This document shows, in pieces, positions 62,834 through 64,000 of a DNA stretch of 64,000 nucleotides. The stretch's first letter is position 1, and every line of letters begins with the position of its first letter. Position numbers and translations under genes: made by a program. The DNA comes from Balanoglossus misakiensis (Eukaryota > Animalia > Hemichordata), in NCBI GenBank assembly GCA_040954595.2, contig CM082577.2, positions 18,078,303-18,142,302 on the forward strand, read 5' to 3'. Below the pieces are notes generated by a model, which saw only the letters and a list, made by a program, of their open reading frames with translations, had not been told where the DNA came from and did not search any database.

Positions 62834-63636
62834 GGCTGCATTCACAAACACCTCTGGAGGGGGGGGGCAGGAGAATTGAGGGGGGGGGATTTGAAAAAAT
62901 TGAGGGTATGTAAGGGGGGGGATTTGAAATAATTTAGGGACTGAAAGGGGGGGACTTGAAAACTTTAACGACTAAATATTTATTTTGAGTCCACAAAAAT
63001 GCAGTTTCGCGCCCTTTATTTTACAAAATTTTCTAATGTGGGAGGGGGACACCCGCTCCCACACCCACCCCCTCCATTCATCAACACCTTTCAATCATTG
63101 ACTGGTTTATCTAGTGTACCAGATCAGGGGACTTGCCCCACCCCATGATAACTTTGAGCGGCGACGGTTAAATTTGTCCTCCCCAACATACCGGTAGTTG
63201 AGTTAATTTGCTTTTGCCGGGTTCATTAAAATGCAACTTTGAGCTCTGTATTTTAGAAAATTTTCTTACGTGGGAGGGGGACACCCCCTCCCAAACCCAC
63301 CCCCTTCAATTCTCGGTTTACAATGTCTCCCAACACAGAATACAAATATATGTACTTAAAAAATAAAAACAATGTTCAGTTTTAATACCCACTGATGAGG
63401 GGAAACATCAGCTTCAAATTCTTTTCATGGGAGCGCTGTTTTTCTTTTTACAAGATAGATAGGTGATGTGTTTTGCTCTGTGAAAGAAAATGGGGGGGGG
63501 GATTTCAAAATTTTGGCAGTTCGGAAGGGGGGGATTTGAAAATATTGGCAGTTCGGAAGGGGGGCGTGTGAAAATTAGCGGTAAAAAAAATTGAATTCTC
63601 CCGCCCCCCCCTCCAGAGGTGTTTGTGAATGCAGCC
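62834..63636. mobile_element. PIF/Harbinger-like MITE, TAA TSD
   Basis: TAA-GGCTGCATTCACAAACACCTCTGGAGGGGGGG ... CCCCCCCTCCAGAGGTGTTTGTGAATGCAGCC-TAA; internal GGGGGGATTTGAAA repeats and a duplicated gtgggagggggacacc block. Confidence 0.92.
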
Positions 63637-64000
63637 TAACAACTACATTTCGAAAATCATTTAATTTGTCGACATAAACATGTTTCAACGTAGCTCCTAG
63701 TTCAGCCTAACCATTACCTTACATATCAAAATATCAACCGAAGAATAACCTCATTTCGATTGAGAAGATTTGCTTTGAAGCAGGTTTTTGTTCCCCCAGC
63801 AATTGGTAGTGATCAGCAAAAAGTAATTACAATTCAAAACAAAATTGGAAATATCGTGGAATACCACGTCTGTGGAAAACGTACAATACCTTGCGTGAAC
63901 ACGTGTCATATCAGATGTTATCATATTTAATTTCACGCTTATTCATACTTGTTTGTTGGTGAAATATTGTAAAATCTTTACGTTGTCGGCGCATTTTATC

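Noticed and set aside
63391-63411. CTGATGA...GAAAC hammerhead-like core
   Set aside because: Only 3 nt between the core halves, so no stem II can form.

Overview
AT-rich, intron-containing animal DNA, probably from a marine invertebrate (the species cannot be determined from the sequence). (1) 1166-18015 (+): the last 15 exons (~910 codons, all GT-AG and phase-compatible) of a large gene. The product has many ~40-aa '[VI]NG[VI]D..Q.I[TS]G.KTF' beta-rich repeats, a short helical linker and a C-terminal EAR/EPTP-like beta-propeller, giving a fibre-shaft-plus-head layout. (2) 26946-34281 (-): an intact, apparently very young Ty3/Gypsy LTR retrotransposon. It has 535-bp LTRs with TG...TA ends, a CAGG target-site duplication (TSD), a tRNA-Ala-like primer-binding site (PBS) and a single Gag-Pol ORF ending in a chromodomain. 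It lies just downstream of a small two-TM protein gene (34436-34867, -). (3) Many other transposable elements: TTAA-flanked (Kolobok-like) and TWA-flanked (Harbinger-like) MITEs, Helentron-like elements, and Crypton-like hairpin elements that share a CGAG-loop-CGAG apex. There is also a Tc1 transposase split in frame by a MITE, decayed LINEs (one with a twin-priming-type 5' inversion) and microsatellites. A possible decayed spliced gene lies at ~20600-22000 (-). No rRNA, tRNA or CRISPR features were seen. All family assignments come from reading motifs by eye; no database search was run.
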